Shown: positions 46,949-61,640 of the stretch, piece after piece | Position numbering within the stretch: position 1 is the first letter of the stretch | Layout of the letters: each line of letters opens with the position of its first letter | Origin: Acidimicrobiales bacterium | Lineage (GTDB): Bacteria; Actinomycetota; Acidimicrobiia; Acidimicrobiales; RAAP-2 | Direction: 5' to 3' | Assembly (NCBI GenBank): GCA_035937595.1 | Contig: DASZHS010000001.1 | Location: forward strand, 1,800 to 65,799 | DNA: 64,000 bases | Translations under genes and position numbers: made by a program | Notes under the pieces: generated by a model | Database searches by the model: none | Told to the model about the DNA's origin: nothing | Seen by the model: the letters and a program-made list of their open reading frames with translations, nothing else

Positions 46949-47577
46949 GCGCGGGGTTCGAGGACGGCGGGGGAGGTCCCGCGCCGCGCTCGAGTGAGGC
47001 CAGGTCCGACGCGCCGACGGGCGAGACGCCCGCGACGCGCCCGGGCGACGCCGCGCCCGGCGCCGACGATGACGCGGGCACGGCGACCGCCGGTGCGATC
47101 GACGGCGTGTCGTTCGCGGCCGTTGACGAGCGCAGTGAGCTCGAGCGCGAGCGCGACGAGTACCTCGACGCGCTCCGGCGGGTGCAGGCCGACTTCGAGA
47201 ACTACCGCAAGCGGGTCGACCGACAGTTCGAGGAGCTCGCCGCCCGCGGCGTCGCCACCCTCGTGGGCCGAATCCTGCCCGTCCTCGACACGCTCGACCT
47301 CGCCGAGGACCACCTGCTCGCCGAGCCGCCGGGCAGTGGTGCGGTCGCGGCGGAGACCAAGGCCCTCGTCCAGGCGCGCGCGCTCCTGCTCGACACCTTG
47401 GAGAAGGAGGGGCTCGAGCGCGTGGGCGCGGCCGGCGAGCCCTTCGACCCCACGGTCCACGACGCGGTCGCGCACGCCGAGGCCCAGGGCGGACCGACCG
47501 TCGACGAGGTGCTGCGATCGGGCTACCGGTGGCGCGGGCAGGTGCTGCGGCCCGCGATGGTGAAAGTCAGGGGCTGA
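46945..47577 (+). CDS. grpE: nucleotide exchange factor GrpE
   Basis: The GTG overlaps the dnaK stop. ..[14 protein letters not shown].. is the GrpE motif. Confidence 0.92.
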
Positions 47578-48671
47578 TGGCCGAGCGAGCGTGGTTCGAG
47601 GAGGACTACTACAAGGCGCTCGGCGTACCCTCGACGGCGACGGACAAGGAGATCACCAAGGCCTACCGCAAGCTCGCGAAGGCCCACCACCCCGACACGA
47701 ACCCCGGCTCCGAGGAGCGGTTCAAGGAGGTCTCCGCCGCCTACGACGTGCTCGGGGACCACGCCAAGCGCCAGGAGTACGACGAGGTCCGACGGCTCGG
47801 GCCGATGGCGGGCGGGTTCGGCGGCGGCGGCGGCGGGTTCCGCGCACCCGGCGGCGCCACCTTCACGATGGGCGACATCGGGGACTTCGGGGACCTGCTT
47901 GGCGGGCTCTTCGGCTCGCGACGCCGCGCGCCCAAGCGGGGGGCCGACGTCGAGACGGCGCTGCACCTGCGCTTCGAGGACGCCGTGCGGGGGGTGACGA
48001 CGTCGGTCAACCTGCCGACCGACGCGCCGTGCCACACGTGCCACGGCTCGGGCGCCGCCCCCGGGACCACGCCGGTCGAGTGCGAGCGCTGCCACGGGCG
48101 CGGCGTGCTCGACGACGACAAGGGCATGTTCTCCCTGTCGACGATCTGCCCGGTGTGCCAGGGGCGCGGCGTGCGCATCGAGACGCCGTGCCCCACCTGC
48201 CACGGCTCGGGGCGCGAGGCTTCGAGCCGCTCGGTGAAGGTGCGGATACCCCCGGGTGTCGAGGGCGGGCAGCGCATCCGGGTGCGGGGCAAGGGCCAGC
48301 CCGGACAGCAGGGGGCGCCGGCCGGCGACCTCTACGTCGTCGTCCACGTCTCGCGCGACCCGCGATTCGGCCGCAAGGGCCGCAACCTCACGACGCACGT
48401 GCCGGTCAGCTTCGCCGACGCCACGCTCGGGACGACGGCCGTCGTCGACACGCTCGACGCCCCGGTCACCGTGCGCGTCCCGCCCGGCACCTCGCCCGGG
48501 ACCACCATGCGCCTCCGTGGCCGCGGCGTGCCGGCACACGGGAAGACCGCCGCCGGTGACCTGCTCGTGACGATCGACGTGACGGTCCCGACCGACCTCA
48601 CCGACGAGCAGCGCGCGGCGGTCCAGGAGATGGCGAAGACGCTCGAGGGCGTGACGGAGGAGCGATCGTGA
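47577..48671 (+). CDS. dnaJ: molecular chaperone DnaJ
   Basis: ATG at 47577. J-domain DYYKALGV...[12 protein letters not shown], a G/F region, and four CxxCxGxG zinc motifs. Confidence 0.95.
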   Translation: MAERAWFEEDYYKALGVPSTATDKEITKAYRKLAKAHHPDTNPGSEERFKEVSAAYDVLGDHAKRQEYDEVRRLGPMAGGFGGGGGGFRAPGGATFTMGDIGDFGDLLGGLFGSRRRAPKRGADVETALHLRFEDAVRGVTTSVNLPTDAPCHTCHGSGAAPGTTPVECERCHGRGVLDDDKGMFSLSTICPVCQGRGVRIETPCPTCHGSGREASSRSVKVRIPPGVEGGQRIRVRGKGQPGQQGAPAGDLYVVVHVSRDPRFGRKGRNLTTHVPVSFADATLGTTAVVDTLDAPVTVRVPPGTSPGTTMRLRGRGVPAHGKTAAGDLLVTIDVTVPTDLTDEQRAAVQEMAKTLEGVTEERS

Positions 48672-49107
48672 CGACGCGAGCCACACGGGGGAAGGCGGCG
48701 GGACCCGCACGCGGCGGCGGGCACGGCGACGAGGGCGCCCACGCCGTCTACGTGATCTCGGTCGCGGCGCGCCTCGTCGGCATGCACCCCCAGACGCTGC
48801 GCAACTACGAGCGGACGGGACTCCTCGACCCCTCGCGCACGAGGGGCGGCTCGCGCCGCTTCTCGGAGGCCGACCTCGACCAGCTGCGCCGCATCCACCA
48901 GCTGACGAGCGACGGCCACAACCTCGAGGGCGTGCGGCGGATCCTCGAGCTCGAGCGCGAGCTCGACGCGCTGCGCGACGAGCTCGACGCGCTGCGCGCC
49001 TCGGTGGCGCGCAGCGTCGAGGAGACCCACCGCGCCTATCGCCGCGACCTCGTGCCGCTGCGCCAGGCGGCGGTCGTCTGGCGCGCCGCGCCGAGGGGGA
49101 CCGACCG

Positions 49108-49111
<4 letters not shown>
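48668..49111 (+). CDS. hspR: MerR-family heat-shock repressor HspR
   Basis: [37 protein letters not shown]. It sits immediately after dnaJ. Confidence 0.9.
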
Positions 49112-51603
<2,492 letters not shown>

Positions 51604-51737
51604 CGCGGTCGTCGACGTCGCGCCGCGCGGGCCGCGGCGCCACCGCCCGATGGCGCAGGGCCGACCCCGGCGAGACCTAGCCTGACCCGATCGCGGCGCT
51701 GCTCGAGCTCGAGGGTCTCACGCGCCGCTACGGAGCG

Positions 51738-52586
51738 GTGACCGCGCTCGACGGGCTCACCTTCTCGGTCCCGGCGGGCCGCGTCGTCGGGTTCCTCGGG
51801 CCGAACGGTGCCGGCAAGACGACCACGATGCGCGCGATCTTCGGGCTCACGGACCTCGACGCAGGGTCGGTCCGCTGGCAGGGCGCGCCCGTCGACCAGG
51901 CCGCACGGCGCCGGTTCGGCTACATGCCCGAGGAGCGCGGGCTGTACCCCACGATGCACGTGGCCGAGCAGGTCACCTACCTCGCCCGGCTCCACGGGCT
52001 CGACCCGGTGGCGGCGGGGGCCGCGACCACGACGTGGCTCGAGCGCCTCGGGATCGCCGAGCGCGCCGGCGACAAGGTCGAGAGCCTGTCCCACGGCAAC
52101 CAGCAGCGGGTGCAGCTCGCCGCGGCGCTCGCGCACGATCCCGAGCTCCTGGTCCTCGACGAGCCGCTCGCGGGCCTCGACCCGACCGGGATCGACGCCA
52201 TCTCCCAGGTGCTCGTCGAGCAGGCGCACCGCGGCTGCTGCGTCCTGCTCTCGAGCCACCAGCTGGACCTCGTCGAGGACCTGTGCGAGTCGGTCACGAT
52301 CATCGACCACGGCAGGGTCGTCGTCGCGGGCGACGTGGACGTCCTCGCGGAGAGCGGGCCGCGCCGGCTCCTCGTCCGCGTCGAGGGCGACCGCGCCGGT
52401 GCCTGGGCGCGCGGGCTCCCCGGCGTCCGGGTCTCCGAGAGCGACGGGGGCGCGATCCGCCTCGTGCTCGACGACGACGTCGACAGCGACGACGTGCTCC
52501 GAGCGGCGATGGGCGCGGGGCGGGTGACGGCGTTCTCCTTCGAGCGCCGCCGGCTCTCCGAGGTGTTCCGCGAGGCGCTCGGATGA
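51738..52586 (+). CDS. ABC transporter ATP-binding protein
   Basis: Walker A GPNGAGKTT, signature LSHGNQQR, Walker B LLVLDEP. The first canonical start (GTG 51738) cuts off the conserved N-terminal strand LLELEGLTRRYG, which is in frame upstream back to the TAG at 51678. The true start is possibly CTG at 51699. Confidence 0.85.
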   Translation: MTALDGLTFSVPAGRVVGFLGPNGAGKTTTMRAIFGLTDLDAGSVRWQGAPVDQAARRRFGYMPEERGLYPTMHVAEQVTYLARLHGLDPVAAGAATTTWLERLGIAERAGDKVESLSHGNQQRVQLAAALAHDPELLVLDEPLAGLDPTGIDAISQVLVEQAHRGCCVLLSSHQLDLVEDLCESVTIIDHGRVVVAGDVDVLAESGPRRLLVRVEGDRAGAWARGLPGVRVSESDGGAIRLVLDDDVDSDDVLRAAMGAGRVTAFSFERRRLSEVFREALG

Positions 52587-53878
52587 CCCTCGCGATCGTG
52601 GTCGGATGCGCGGCCGTCCTCGTCGCGCTGCGGTACTGGCGGCGAGCGCGGCGGAGCGGCGCGCACCACGACCCCTGGCGGGTCGGTGCGCGGTCGATCG
52701 ACCTGCACGGCGCCCCGCTCGTGGCGGCACGCGAGCTCCGCGAGCGCGTGCGGGGGCGGCCGTTCCGGATCGGGACGGCGCTCATCCTCCTCGCGGTCGC
52801 GGCCGCCATCGTGATCCCGATCCTCACCCGTGGGACGCCGACACCCACCCAGGTGGGCATCGTCGGGCCCGCGACCCCGCAGCTGCGCGCCGCGATCCAC
52901 ACCGCGGCCGCCGGCGTCGGGACCTCCGTGCACGTCGTCGTAGAGCCGAGCGCGTCGGCGGCGCGCGACGCCCTCGAGCGCGGCCGCCTCGACGTCGCGC
53001 TCCTCGGCGACCGAGCCGTCGTCGTGGCGACGCTCGATCCCACGGGTGCCTCGTCGAGCACCCAGCTCGCGACGGCGCTCGCCGGCGTCCTGGGTGTGCA
53101 CGCCGCCTACCGGGCGGCCGGGCTCTCCCCGGCCCAGATCGCTCGGCTCGCGGGTGCGAAGCCCATCACGATCCTGAGCCTGCAGCCGGCCACGAAGCCC
53201 CACAACGCGGGGAGCTCGGTCATCGGGGTGATCCTCGTCTTCTTGATGCTCACCCAGTACAACACCTGGATCCTGCTCGGGGTCATGGAGGAGAAGTCGA
53301 GCCGCGTCGTGGAGGTGCTGCTCGCGACGGTGCGGCCGATCCAGCTCCTCGCGGGCAAGGTGTTCGGCATCGGCCTCGTCGCGCTCGGCCAGGCGACGCT
53401 GATCGTCTCGTTCGCCCTGGTCCTCGGTGCGATCGTGGGCTCGAACCTCCTCCACGGGGCGGCCCCGATCGAGCTCGCGGCCGCGCTCCTCTGGCTCGTG
53501 CTCGGCTACGGCTTCTACTGCTGGGCCTACGCCGCGGCGGCGTCGATGGCCGAGCGCCAGGACCAGATCCAGTCCGTCGCGCTCCCCTTGTCCATCCCGA
53601 TCCTCATCGGCTACGTCTTCTCGCTGACGGTGGCGGGCTCGGGGAACGCCTCACCGTTCTTCAAGGTCCTCGCCTACCTCCCGCCGACCGCACCGTTCGC
53701 GATGCCCGTCCTCGTCGGGCTCGACCAGGTCTCGATCCTCGGGTTCGCCACCTCGGTCGTCATCAGCCTCCTCTGCACCGTCGGCGTCGCACGGCTGGCG
53801 GCCGTCGTGTACCGCCGCGCGATCCTGCGCACCGGATCAAAGGTGCGACTGCGCGACGTCCTGCGGACCGCGCACTAG
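52583..53878 (+). CDS. ABC-2 type transporter permease (NatB-like)
   Basis: The ATG at 52583 overlaps the ATPase stop. It has an N-terminal TM, a large loop, and a C-terminal block of 5 TMs. Confidence 0.8.
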   Translation: MTLAIVVGCAAVLVALRYWRRARRSGAHHDPWRVGARSIDLHGAPLVAARELRERVRGRPFRIGTALILLAVAAAIVIPILTRGTPTPTQVGIVGPATPQLRAAIHTAAAGVGTSVHVVVEPSASAARDALERGRLDVALLGDRAVVVATLDPTGASSSTQLATALAGVLGVHAAYRAAGLSPAQIARLAGAKPITILSLQPATKPHNAGSSVIGVILVFLMLTQYNTWILLGVMEEKSSRVVEVLLATVRPIQLLAGKVFGIGLVALGQATLIVSFALVLGAIVGSNLLHGAAPIELAAALLWLVLGYGFYCWAYAAAASMAERQDQIQSVALPLSIPILIGYVFSLTVAGSGNASPFFKVLAYLPPTAPFAMPVLVGLDQVSILGFATSVVISLLCTVGVARLAAVVYRRAILRTGSKVRLRDVLRTAH

Positions 53879-53889
53879 CGGCCTCGCCG

Positions 53890-54408
53890 CTACCAGCCGA
53901 CGGTGCCGTCGACGAGCTCGCGCAGGAAGTCCGCGTGCCCGTTGTGCCGCGCGTACTCCTCGATCATGTGGACGTAGATCCACCGCAGGGTGCACGGGCG
54001 GCCGTCGCGCAGCCCGGCGTCGTCGAGCTGCTTGTGCGAGGCGCTCGTCCGCGCCGCGTTGCAGGCGCCGCGCCACATCTCGAGGTCGTCCTCCCAGACC
54101 GCGTCGTCGAGCGGCACGAGCGCGGCGTCGCCGGCCCCCGGCGTCGCGAAGTAGCGGGGCGTCTCGGGCTCGCGGAGCAGCACGCGGACGAACCAGCTCC
54201 GCTCGACCTCCGCCATATGGCGGACGAGCCCGTGCAGCGAGAGGCTCGACGTCGGGATCGCGCGGCGCTTGCGCTGCTCGTCGCTGAGCCCCTCGCACTT
54301 CATGAGCAGCGTCACCCGGTGGAACTCGAGCCACTCCTCGAGCATCTGGCGCTCCGGGAGGTCGTAGGGCGGCTCGTGGCGCCGCGGGTCCACCAGCTCC
54401 TCGACCAT
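53890..54408 (-). CDS. DinB-family / DUF664 (mycothiol-transferase-like) protein
   Basis: ATG at 54408 with a GAGGAGGAG SD. Motifs ..SLHGLVRHMAEVER.W. and ..HMIEEYARHNGHADFLRE... Confidence 0.8.
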   Translation of the reverse strand: MVEELVDPRRHEPPYDLPERQMLEEWLEFHRVTLLMKCEGLSDEQRKRRAIPTSSLSLHGLVRHMAEVERSWFVRVLLREPETPRYFATPGAGDAALVPLDDAVWEDDLEMWRGACNAARTSASHKQLDDAGLRDGRPCTLRWIYVHMIEEYARHNGHADFLRELVDGTVGW

Positions 54409-54539
54409 CGCTCCTCCTCGCCGGCGCGTCGTCGACGCTCGTCCGTACCGGCGGGCTGGCGCGACGACGCGTCGCGCCACCCAGGTCGACGCGACCTCGC
54501 CGGTAGGATTGGTCGTCAGCAACCGCGGAGGGTCATCCG

Positions 54540-55817
54540 TTGCCAGCAACCGTCGTGGTCGGCACCCAGTGGGGTGACGAGGGCAAGGGGAAGCTCACCG
54601 ACCTGCTCTCCAAGGAGATGGACGTCGTCGTCCGCTACCAGGGCGGGCACAACGCGGGCCACCGCATCGTCGTCGACGGCGAGGCGTTCGCGCTCCAGCT
54701 CGTCCCCTCCGGCGTGCTGTACCCGGCCGTGACCCCCGTGATCGGCAACGGCGTGGTCGTCGACCCTCAGGTCCTGCTCGCCGAGGTCGACGCGCTCGAG
54801 GCGAGGGGCATCGACACCTCGCACCTGCTCGTCTCGGGCAACGCGCACCTGATCATGCCCTACCACCAAGAGCTCGACCGGGTGACCGAGCGGTTCTTGG
54901 GGCGCAACGCGCTCGGCACGACGAAGCGCGGCATCGGTCCCGCCTACGCCGACAAGGCGGCCCGCGTCGGGCTGCGCGTCCAGGACCTCCTCGACGCGAA
55001 GATTTTCCGCCAGAAGCTCGAGGTCGTCCTCAAGGAGAAGAACGGCGTCCTCTCGCGCGTGTACAACCGGCTCCCCATGTCGGCGGACGAGATCGCCGCG
55101 GCCTACCTCGACGTCTACGCCCCGAGGATCGCGCCCATGATCGCCGACACCGTCGGGTTCCTCCACGACCAGCTCGCCGCAGGGCGTCACGTGCTGCTCG
55201 AGGGCGCCCAGGCGACCTTCCTCGACCTCGACCACGGGACCTACCCCTTCGTCACGTCGTCGAACCCGGTCGCCGGCGGCGCGTGCACCGGCTCGGGGAT
55301 CGGCCCGCGCGACATCTCGAGGGTCATCGGGATCGCGAAGGCCTACGTGACACGAGTGGGTGCGGGGCCGTTCCCGACCGAGCTCACCGACGACGTGGGC
55401 GACCTGCTCGTCGAGCGCGGCCACGAGTTCGGGACCAACACGGGGCGCCGCCGGCGCTGCGGGTGGTTCGACGTCCCGATGGCGCGCCAGGCCGCACGGC
55501 TCAACTCGCTGTCGGACATCGCGCTCACCAAGCTCGACGTGCTCGACGCGCTCGAGTCGGTGAAGGTCTGCGTCGCCTACGAGGCCGACGGGAAGCGCTA
55601 CGACTACCCGCCGTACCACCAGTCGGTGCTGCACGCGGTCACCCCGGTCTACGAGGAGCTCGAGGGGTGGCGCGAGGACCTGACCGCCTGCACGTCGTTC
55701 GACGAGATGCCCGCGGCCGCGCGGGACTACGTCGCGTTCCTCGCCACGTGCACGGGCGTGCCGATCCACGTCGTGGGCGTCGGGCCCGGCCGCGAGCAGT
55801 TCGTCGCCGTGCCGTGA
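54540..55817 (+). CDS. purA: adenylosuccinate synthase
   Basis: TTG start. [14 protein letters not shown], 425 aa. Confidence 0.95.
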   Translation: MPATVVVGTQWGDEGKGKLTDLLSKEMDVVVRYQGGHNAGHRIVVDGEAFALQLVPSGVLYPAVTPVIGNGVVVDPQVLLAEVDALEARGIDTSHLLVSGNAHLIMPYHQELDRVTERFLGRNALGTTKRGIGPAYADKAARVGLRVQDLLDAKIFRQKLEVVLKEKNGVLSRVYNRLPMSADEIAAAYLDVYAPRIAPMIADTVGFLHDQLAAGRHVLLEGAQATFLDLDHGTYPFVTSSNPVAGGACTGSGIGPRDISRVIGIAKAYVTRVGAGPFPTELTDDVGDLLVERGHEFGTNTGRRRRCGWFDVPMARQAARLNSLSDIALTKLDVLDALESVKVCVAYEADGKRYDYPPYHQSVLHAVTPVYEELEGWREDLTACTSFDEMPAAARDYVAFLATCTGVPIHVVGVGPGREQFVAVP

Positions 55818-57070
55818 GCCGCCACGCCTGCGTGGTCGGCGCCGGTGCCCGCGAGCACGCCCTCGCCCTCGCGCTCTCGCGCACCGCGGACGTCTCGGTC
55901 GCCCCGGGTGCCGACGCGATGCGCGCCCCGCGCATCACGCCGACGGGCGCGTCGGCGCTCGACGTCGACGCCGACCTCTACGTCGTCGGCCCCGAGGGTC
56001 CCTTGGTCGAGGGGCTGGCCGACGAGCTGCGCGCGCGCGGCCGCCGGGTCGTCGGTCCCGGGCGTGACGGCGCGCGCCTCGAGGGGTCCAAGGCCTTCAT
56101 GAAGGAGCTCCTCGACGCCGCCGGCGTCCCGACGGCCCGGTACGGCACGTTCGAGGACCTCGACGACGCGGTCGCGTTCCTGCGAGCGCTCGGCGGGACG
56201 GTCGTCGTCAAGACCGACGGGTTGGCCGGGGGCAAGGGCGTGCTCGTCACCGAGGACCTCGACGCGGCCGCGCGCGACGTCGAGGCCAAGCTGTCCGGCG
56301 CCGCCTTCGGCGCGGCGGGCCGGCGCGTCGTCATCGAGGAGGGGCTCGTGGGCGAGGAGTGCACGCTGCTCGTCCTGGTCGACGGGTCCCGCGCCGTGCC
56401 CCTCGCGCCGGCGCGGGACTACAAGCGGCTCGCCGACGGCGACACCGGGCCCAACACGGGGGGCATGGGGGCCGTCTCGCCCCCCGACGACGTCGACGAC
56501 GCGCTCGTGGCGAGGATCATGGCCGACGCCGTCGAGCCGACCCTGAAGGAGCTCACCGCCCGGGGGATCGACTACCGCGGCGTGCTCTACGCAGGGGTGA
56601 TGGTGGACCACGGCGCGCCGAGGGTGCTCGAGTACAACGTGCGGCTCGGCGACCCCGAGGCCGAGGTCGTGCTGCCGCGCTTGGCCGACGACCCCTTCGA
56701 CCTGTTCGAGGCGGTGGCCACCGGCACGCTGAGCACGGCGCCACGCTTCACCTCGGACGCGGCGGTGACCGTCGTGCTGGCCGCGGCGGGCTACCCCGAC
56801 GCCGTCGCCAGAGGCGCGCTGATCCGCGGGCTCGCCGAGGACGGGCAGCTCGCCGAGGGACGCGACGGGGTCATCGTCTTCCACGGCGCGACGCGCAAGG
56901 AGCGCGACCACTACGTGACGGACGGCGGCCGCGTCCTCGCCGTCACCGCGCTCGCGCCGACGGTCGCCGCCGCCCGCACCCGCGCGTACGAGGCGGTCGA
57001 CCAGCTCTCCTTCGACGGCTGCCAGGTGCGCCGGGACGTCGCGGGCCCCCCGATCGGGATGTCGTCGTGA
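55814..57070 (+). CDS. purD: phosphoribosylamine--glycine ligase
   Basis: GTG at 55814 overlaps the purA stop. It has an ATP-grasp region ..[14 protein letters not shown].. and ..GPNTGGMGA... Confidence 0.92.
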   Translation: MSRHACVVGAGAREHALALALSRTADVSVAPGADAMRAPRITPTGASALDVDADLYVVGPEGPLVEGLADELRARGRRVVGPGRDGARLEGSKAFMKELLDAAGVPTARYGTFEDLDDAVAFLRALGGTVVVKTDGLAGGKGVLVTEDLDAAARDVEAKLSGAAFGAAGRRVVIEEGLVGEECTLLVLVDGSRAVPLAPARDYKRLADGDTGPNTGGMGAVSPPDDVDDALVARIMADAVEPTLKELTARGIDYRGVLYAGVMVDHGAPRVLEYNVRLGDPEAEVVLPRLADDPFDLFEAVATGTLSTAPRFTSDAAVTVVLAAAGYPDAVARGALIRGLAEDGQLAEGRDGVIVFHGATRKERDHYVTDGGRVLAVTALAPTVAAARTRAYEAVDQLSFDGCQVRRDVAGPPIGMSS

Positions 57071-58371
57071 TCCCCCGCTACGCCCCCCCGGACCTCGCCG
57101 CGCTGTTCACCGACGAGGCGAGGTTCGCGGCCATGCTCGAGGTCGAGCTCCTGGCCGCCGAGGCGATGGAGCGCGCCGGTGTCGCACCGCCCGGCGTCGC
57201 CGCGCGCCTGCGCGCGGCCGCCCCGGTCGTCGACGCGGCCTTCGTCGAGGCCGTCGGGCGCCGCGAGGCCGAGACGCGCCACGACACCGCCGCGTTCGTC
57301 GACGTCGTGCAGGCATCGATGGCCTCCGACGAGTCGTCGTGGCTCCACTACGGCCTCACGTCCTCCGACGTCGTCGACACCGCGCTCGCCCTGCAGCTCA
57401 CGCGTGCGCTCGACGTGCTGGCGGCCGACGCGCGCGGCTTCGTCGCCGTGCTCGCCGCGCGTGCCCGGGCGACGATCGACGTCCCGGTCGCCGGGCGCAC
57501 CCACGGGATGTTCGCCGAGCCGACGACCTTCGGCGCCAAGTTCGCGCTCCTCAGCCTCCAGGCCGAGCGCGACCGCGTGCGGCTCGAGCGGTCACGCGAG
57601 GGGATCGCGGTCGCGAAGCTCTCCGGGGCGGTCGGGACGTTCTCGTCGATCGACCCCGCGATCGAGGCCCAGGTCGCCGCGGCGCTCGGGCTCACCCCCG
57701 TCCCGGCGTCCCAGGTGCTCGCCCGCGACCGACACGCCGAGGTCCTCTACGCGTGCGCGGCCGCCGCCACGACGACCGAGGCGCTCGGCACCGAGGTGCG
57801 CCTGCTCTCGCGCAGCGACGTCGGCGAGGTGTCCGAGCCGTTCGCCGAGGGCCAGAAGGGGTCCTCGTCGATGCCGCACAAGCGCAACCCCGTCATCGCC
57901 GAACGGCTGTGCGGCCTCGCGAGGGTCGTGCGCGGCTACCTGGTGCCGGGGCTCGAGGACGTGGCCCTCTGGCACGAGCGCGACATCTCGCACAGCTCCG
58001 TCGAGCGCATCGTGCTCCCGGACGCGATCCAGCTCACCGGGTTCCTGCTCCGCAGCGCGACCGCGCTCGCCGCGGGCCTCGTGGTCCACGCGGAGCGCGC
58101 GCGAGAGAACCTGGAGGACGCGAGCCTCGGGCTCGTCTTCTCGCAGTCCGTGCTCCTCGCCCTCGTCGACCACGGCCGCTCGCGCGACGACGCCTACCGG
58201 GTCGTCCAGCGCGCCGCCGCCAAGGCCGCCTCCACGCGCACGCCGTTCCGCAAGGTGCTGGAGGCCGACGAGAGCGTCGGCCTCGACCAGGCGGCCCTCG
58301 ACGCCGCGTTCGACCTCGGCCGCGTGCTCCGGCACCGGACGAGGTTCCTCGACGCGATCGACGGGCTGTGA
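57067..58371 (+). CDS. purB: adenylosuccinate lyase
   Basis: GTG at 57067 overlaps the purD stop. The fumarate-lyase signature is GSSSMPHKRNP. Confidence 0.93.
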   Translation: MIPRYAPPDLAALFTDEARFAAMLEVELLAAEAMERAGVAPPGVAARLRAAAPVVDAAFVEAVGRREAETRHDTAAFVDVVQASMASDESSWLHYGLTSSDVVDTALALQLTRALDVLAADARGFVAVLAARARATIDVPVAGRTHGMFAEPTTFGAKFALLSLQAERDRVRLERSREGIAVAKLSGAVGTFSSIDPAIEAQVAAALGLTPVPASQVLARDRHAEVLYACAAAATTTEALGTEVRLLSRSDVGEVSEPFAEGQKGSSSMPHKRNPVIAERLCGLARVVRGYLVPGLEDVALWHERDISHSSVERIVLPDAIQLTGFLLRSATALAAGLVVHAERARENLEDASLGLVFSQSVLLALVDHGRSRDDAYRVVQRAAAKAASTRTPFRKVLEADESVGLDQAALDAAFDLGRVLRHRTRFLDAIDGL

Positions 58372-59276
58372 CCACCGCCGGCCTCACGGGGCTCGAGCAC
58401 CTGCACTCCGGCAAGGTGCGTGACCTCTACGCGATCGGCGAGGACCGGCTCCTGCTCGTCGCGTCGGACCGCCTGAGCGCCTTCGACGTCGTCATGGCGG
58501 AGCCCATCCCCGAGAAGGGGCGCGTGTTGACCGCGATGACGGCCTATTGGTGCGAGCAGCTCGACGGGGTCGCAGAGTGCGCTCTGCTGACGTGCGCTCC
58601 CGCGGAGATCGAGAGGTCCGTGCCCGGGTTCGGTGGAGCGCCGTCGCTCGCCGGACGCGCCATGCTCGCCCGTCGCGCCGAGATGGTGCCCCTCGAGTGC
58701 GTCGTGCGGGGCCGGCTGGCCGGCCAGGCGCACGAGGAGTACCTCGCGTCGGGCACGATCCACTCGATGCCCGCGCCGAAGGGCCTCGAGCTCACGGACC
58801 CGCTGCCCGAGCCGATGTTCACGCCGTCCACCAAGGCGGCGGTGGGCCACGACGTGAACATCTCCTTCGACGACGCGTGCGCGCTCGTAGGTGCGACGCT
58901 CGCCACGCGGCTGCGGACGCTGTGCCTCGAGATCTTCGAGGTGGCCGCGCGTCGCGTCGACGCAGCCGGCCTCGTGCTGGCGGACACCAAGTTCGAGCTC
59001 GGCCTGATCGACGGGGCCCTCGTGCTCTGCGACGAGGTGGTCACGCCGGACTCCTCGAGGCTGTGGCCGAAGGACGCGATCGTTCGCGGCGAGGCGCCGC
59101 CGGCGTTCGACAAGCAGCCCTTCCGCGACTGGCTGGCCGCCCAGCCGTGGGACCGGACGCCGCCGCCCCCTCCCGTGCCACGCGACGTCGTGGACGTCAC
59201 GTCGCGCCGGTACGTCGCGGCCTACGAGCGCGTGACGGGGCGGTCGCTCGACGACTGGTACGGTCCGTCGTCGTGA
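58368..59276 (+). CDS. purC: phosphoribosylaminoimidazole-succinocarboxamide synthase
   Basis: GTG at 58368 overlaps the purB stop. LHSGKVRDLY..LLLVASDRLSAFD. Confidence 0.92.
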   Translation: MTTAGLTGLEHLHSGKVRDLYAIGEDRLLLVASDRLSAFDVVMAEPIPEKGRVLTAMTAYWCEQLDGVAECALLTCAPAEIERSVPGFGGAPSLAGRAMLARRAEMVPLECVVRGRLAGQAHEEYLASGTIHSMPAPKGLELTDPLPEPMFTPSTKAAVGHDVNISFDDACALVGATLATRLRTLCLEIFEVAARRVDAAGLVLADTKFELGLIDGALVLCDEVVTPDSSRLWPKDAIVRGEAPPAFDKQPFRDWLAAQPWDRTPPPPPVPRDVVDVTSRRYVAAYERVTGRSLDDWYGPSS

Positions 59277-59523
59277 GGTTCGACGCACGCGTCGAGGTGA
59301 CGCTGCGCGACGGCATCGCGGACCCCGAGGGCGCGACCATCGAGCGCGCGCTGCCCGCGCTCGGCTTCCACGGCGTCCACGGCGTGCGCGCCGGCCGGTC
59401 GTTCCGACTCTCGGTCGACGCGGACACCGCCGACGCCGCACGCGTCCTCACCCAGGCCCTGGCCGACCGCCTCCTCGCCAACCCGGTCATCGAGCGCGCC
59501 ACCGTCGAGCTCGTGGACGCCCG

Positions 59524-59527
<4 letters not shown>
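59273..59527 (+). CDS. purS: FGAM synthase subunit PurS
   Basis: 84 aa. The GTG overlaps the purC stop. V.V.LRDGIADPEG..IE.AL..LGF. Confidence 0.88.
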
Positions 59528-60198
<671 letters not shown>

Positions 60199-60244
60199 CG
60201 TCGCGCGTCCGAGCCCGCCCGACGGCGATCGGTACGATCCCCAC

Positions 60245-61600
60245 GTGGCACGCACCGATCGCCAGGTCGCGGACGCGGCGGCGATCGCCGAGCGCCTCCT
60301 CGTCGTCCTGCGGCGCCGCCACGGCTGTCCCGGCATCGCCTACGGGCTCCGCCACGACGGCACGACGGTGCTCTTCGGCGCCGACGGCGTCGCCGACCTA
60401 GCGACCGGCGCGCCGGTCGACGTGGCGACGACGCGGTTCCGCTGCGCCTCCATCACGAAGACCTTCACCGCCACCCTCGTCCTGCAGCTGGTCGAGCGAG
60501 GCCAGCTCCGTCTGGACGACGCCGTCACCACGTGGCTGCCCTGGACCCGGCGCACCCTCGGCGCGGACGTCACGGTCCGCCACCTGCTGCTGCACGCGGG
60601 CGGGGTCATCCGCGACGGGTCGAACGCGTGGGACGACACGACCATGCCGGATCGCGAGGCCCTGCACCGCGAGCTCGGCGCGGCCGCGACGTTCGGGGCG
60701 CCCTCCGAGCGCTTCCGCTACTCCAACATGGCCTACGCCCTTCTGGGCGAGGTGCTCGAGGCCGCCACGAAGACGCCGTTCGCGGCGCTGCTGCGACGCC
60801 GGATCGCACGGCCGCTCGACCTCGCCCAGACCGACGCGGACCTCACCGCGGTCTCGCGCCGGGCGCTCGCGACCGGGTACTACGCGGCATGGCCGGACGA
60901 GCCGCGGCGGGCGGCGGCGCACGTCGAGGCGCGGGCGATCGCGCCGGCCGGCGGACTCGTGTCGACGGTCGGCGACCTCCTCGCCTACGAGCAGGCCCAC
61001 CTCCCGGGCGACGACCGACTCCTCAGCGAGCTGTCGAAGCGCGAGATGCAGCGACCGCAATGGCAGCGCGCCACCGAGCCGCACTACGGGCTCGGCTGGA
61101 TGACCTGGCACGTGGGCGGGATCTCGGTGGTCGGCCACAGCGGGGGGTACCCGGGGTTCACGACGAAGATCGCGTTCTCGCCGCGGGATCGACTCTGCGC
61201 GGCCGTGCTGACGAACGCGATCTCGCCCGTCGCGGCCCTCGGGGTGGACGCCATCTACGGATCGATCGACGCCGTCGGGTCGCGGTGGGAGGAGGCCTCG
61301 GCTCCGTCGCCGTGGCACACGCGTGCTGAGCTCGCGAGCTACGGCGGGATCTACCGGGACAACTTCGGCACCCTGGTCGTTGGCCGCGTGCACAACGCGC
61401 TCCTGGTGGTCCCCGCCGAGGACGTCCAGCCGTTCGCCGGGGCGTCGCTCCTCACGGCCACCGGACCACGGAGGTTCCTCGTCGCGTCGGGCTACGACTT
61501 CGGCTTCGTCGGCGAGCAGGTGCGCTTCCGCACCGATCGCCGTGGTGCCGTGACCACGCTCGTGTGGGGACCGCACCCCTACGTCCGGATCGGGCCGTGA
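60245..61600 (+). CDS. serine hydrolase / beta-lactamase-family protein
   Basis: GTG at 60245. The SxxK motif is FRCASITKTFTA, and a YSN motif is FRYSNMAY. It has a C-terminal extra beta-domain. Confidence 0.85.
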   Translation: MARTDRQVADAAAIAERLLVVLRRRHGCPGIAYGLRHDGTTVLFGADGVADLATGAPVDVATTRFRCASITKTFTATLVLQLVERGQLRLDDAVTTWLPWTRRTLGADVTVRHLLLHAGGVIRDGSNAWDDTTMPDREALHRELGAAATFGAPSERFRYSNMAYALLGEVLEAATKTPFAALLRRRIARPLDLAQTDADLTAVSRRALATGYYAAWPDEPRRAAAHVEARAIAPAGGLVSTVGDLLAYEQAHLPGDDRLLSELSKREMQRPQWQRATEPHYGLGWMTWHVGGISVVGHSGGYPGFTTKIAFSPRDRLCAAVLTNAISPVAALGVDAIYGSIDAVGSRWEEASAPSPWHTRAELASYGGIYRDNFGTLVVGRVHNALLVVPAEDVQPFAGASLLTATGPRRFLVASGYDFGFVGEQVRFRTDRRGAVTTLVWGPHPYVRIGP

Positions 61601-61640
61601 GGCCCCGTCTCCTGCCCGATCCGCGGCGGGGTGCGCTCGA

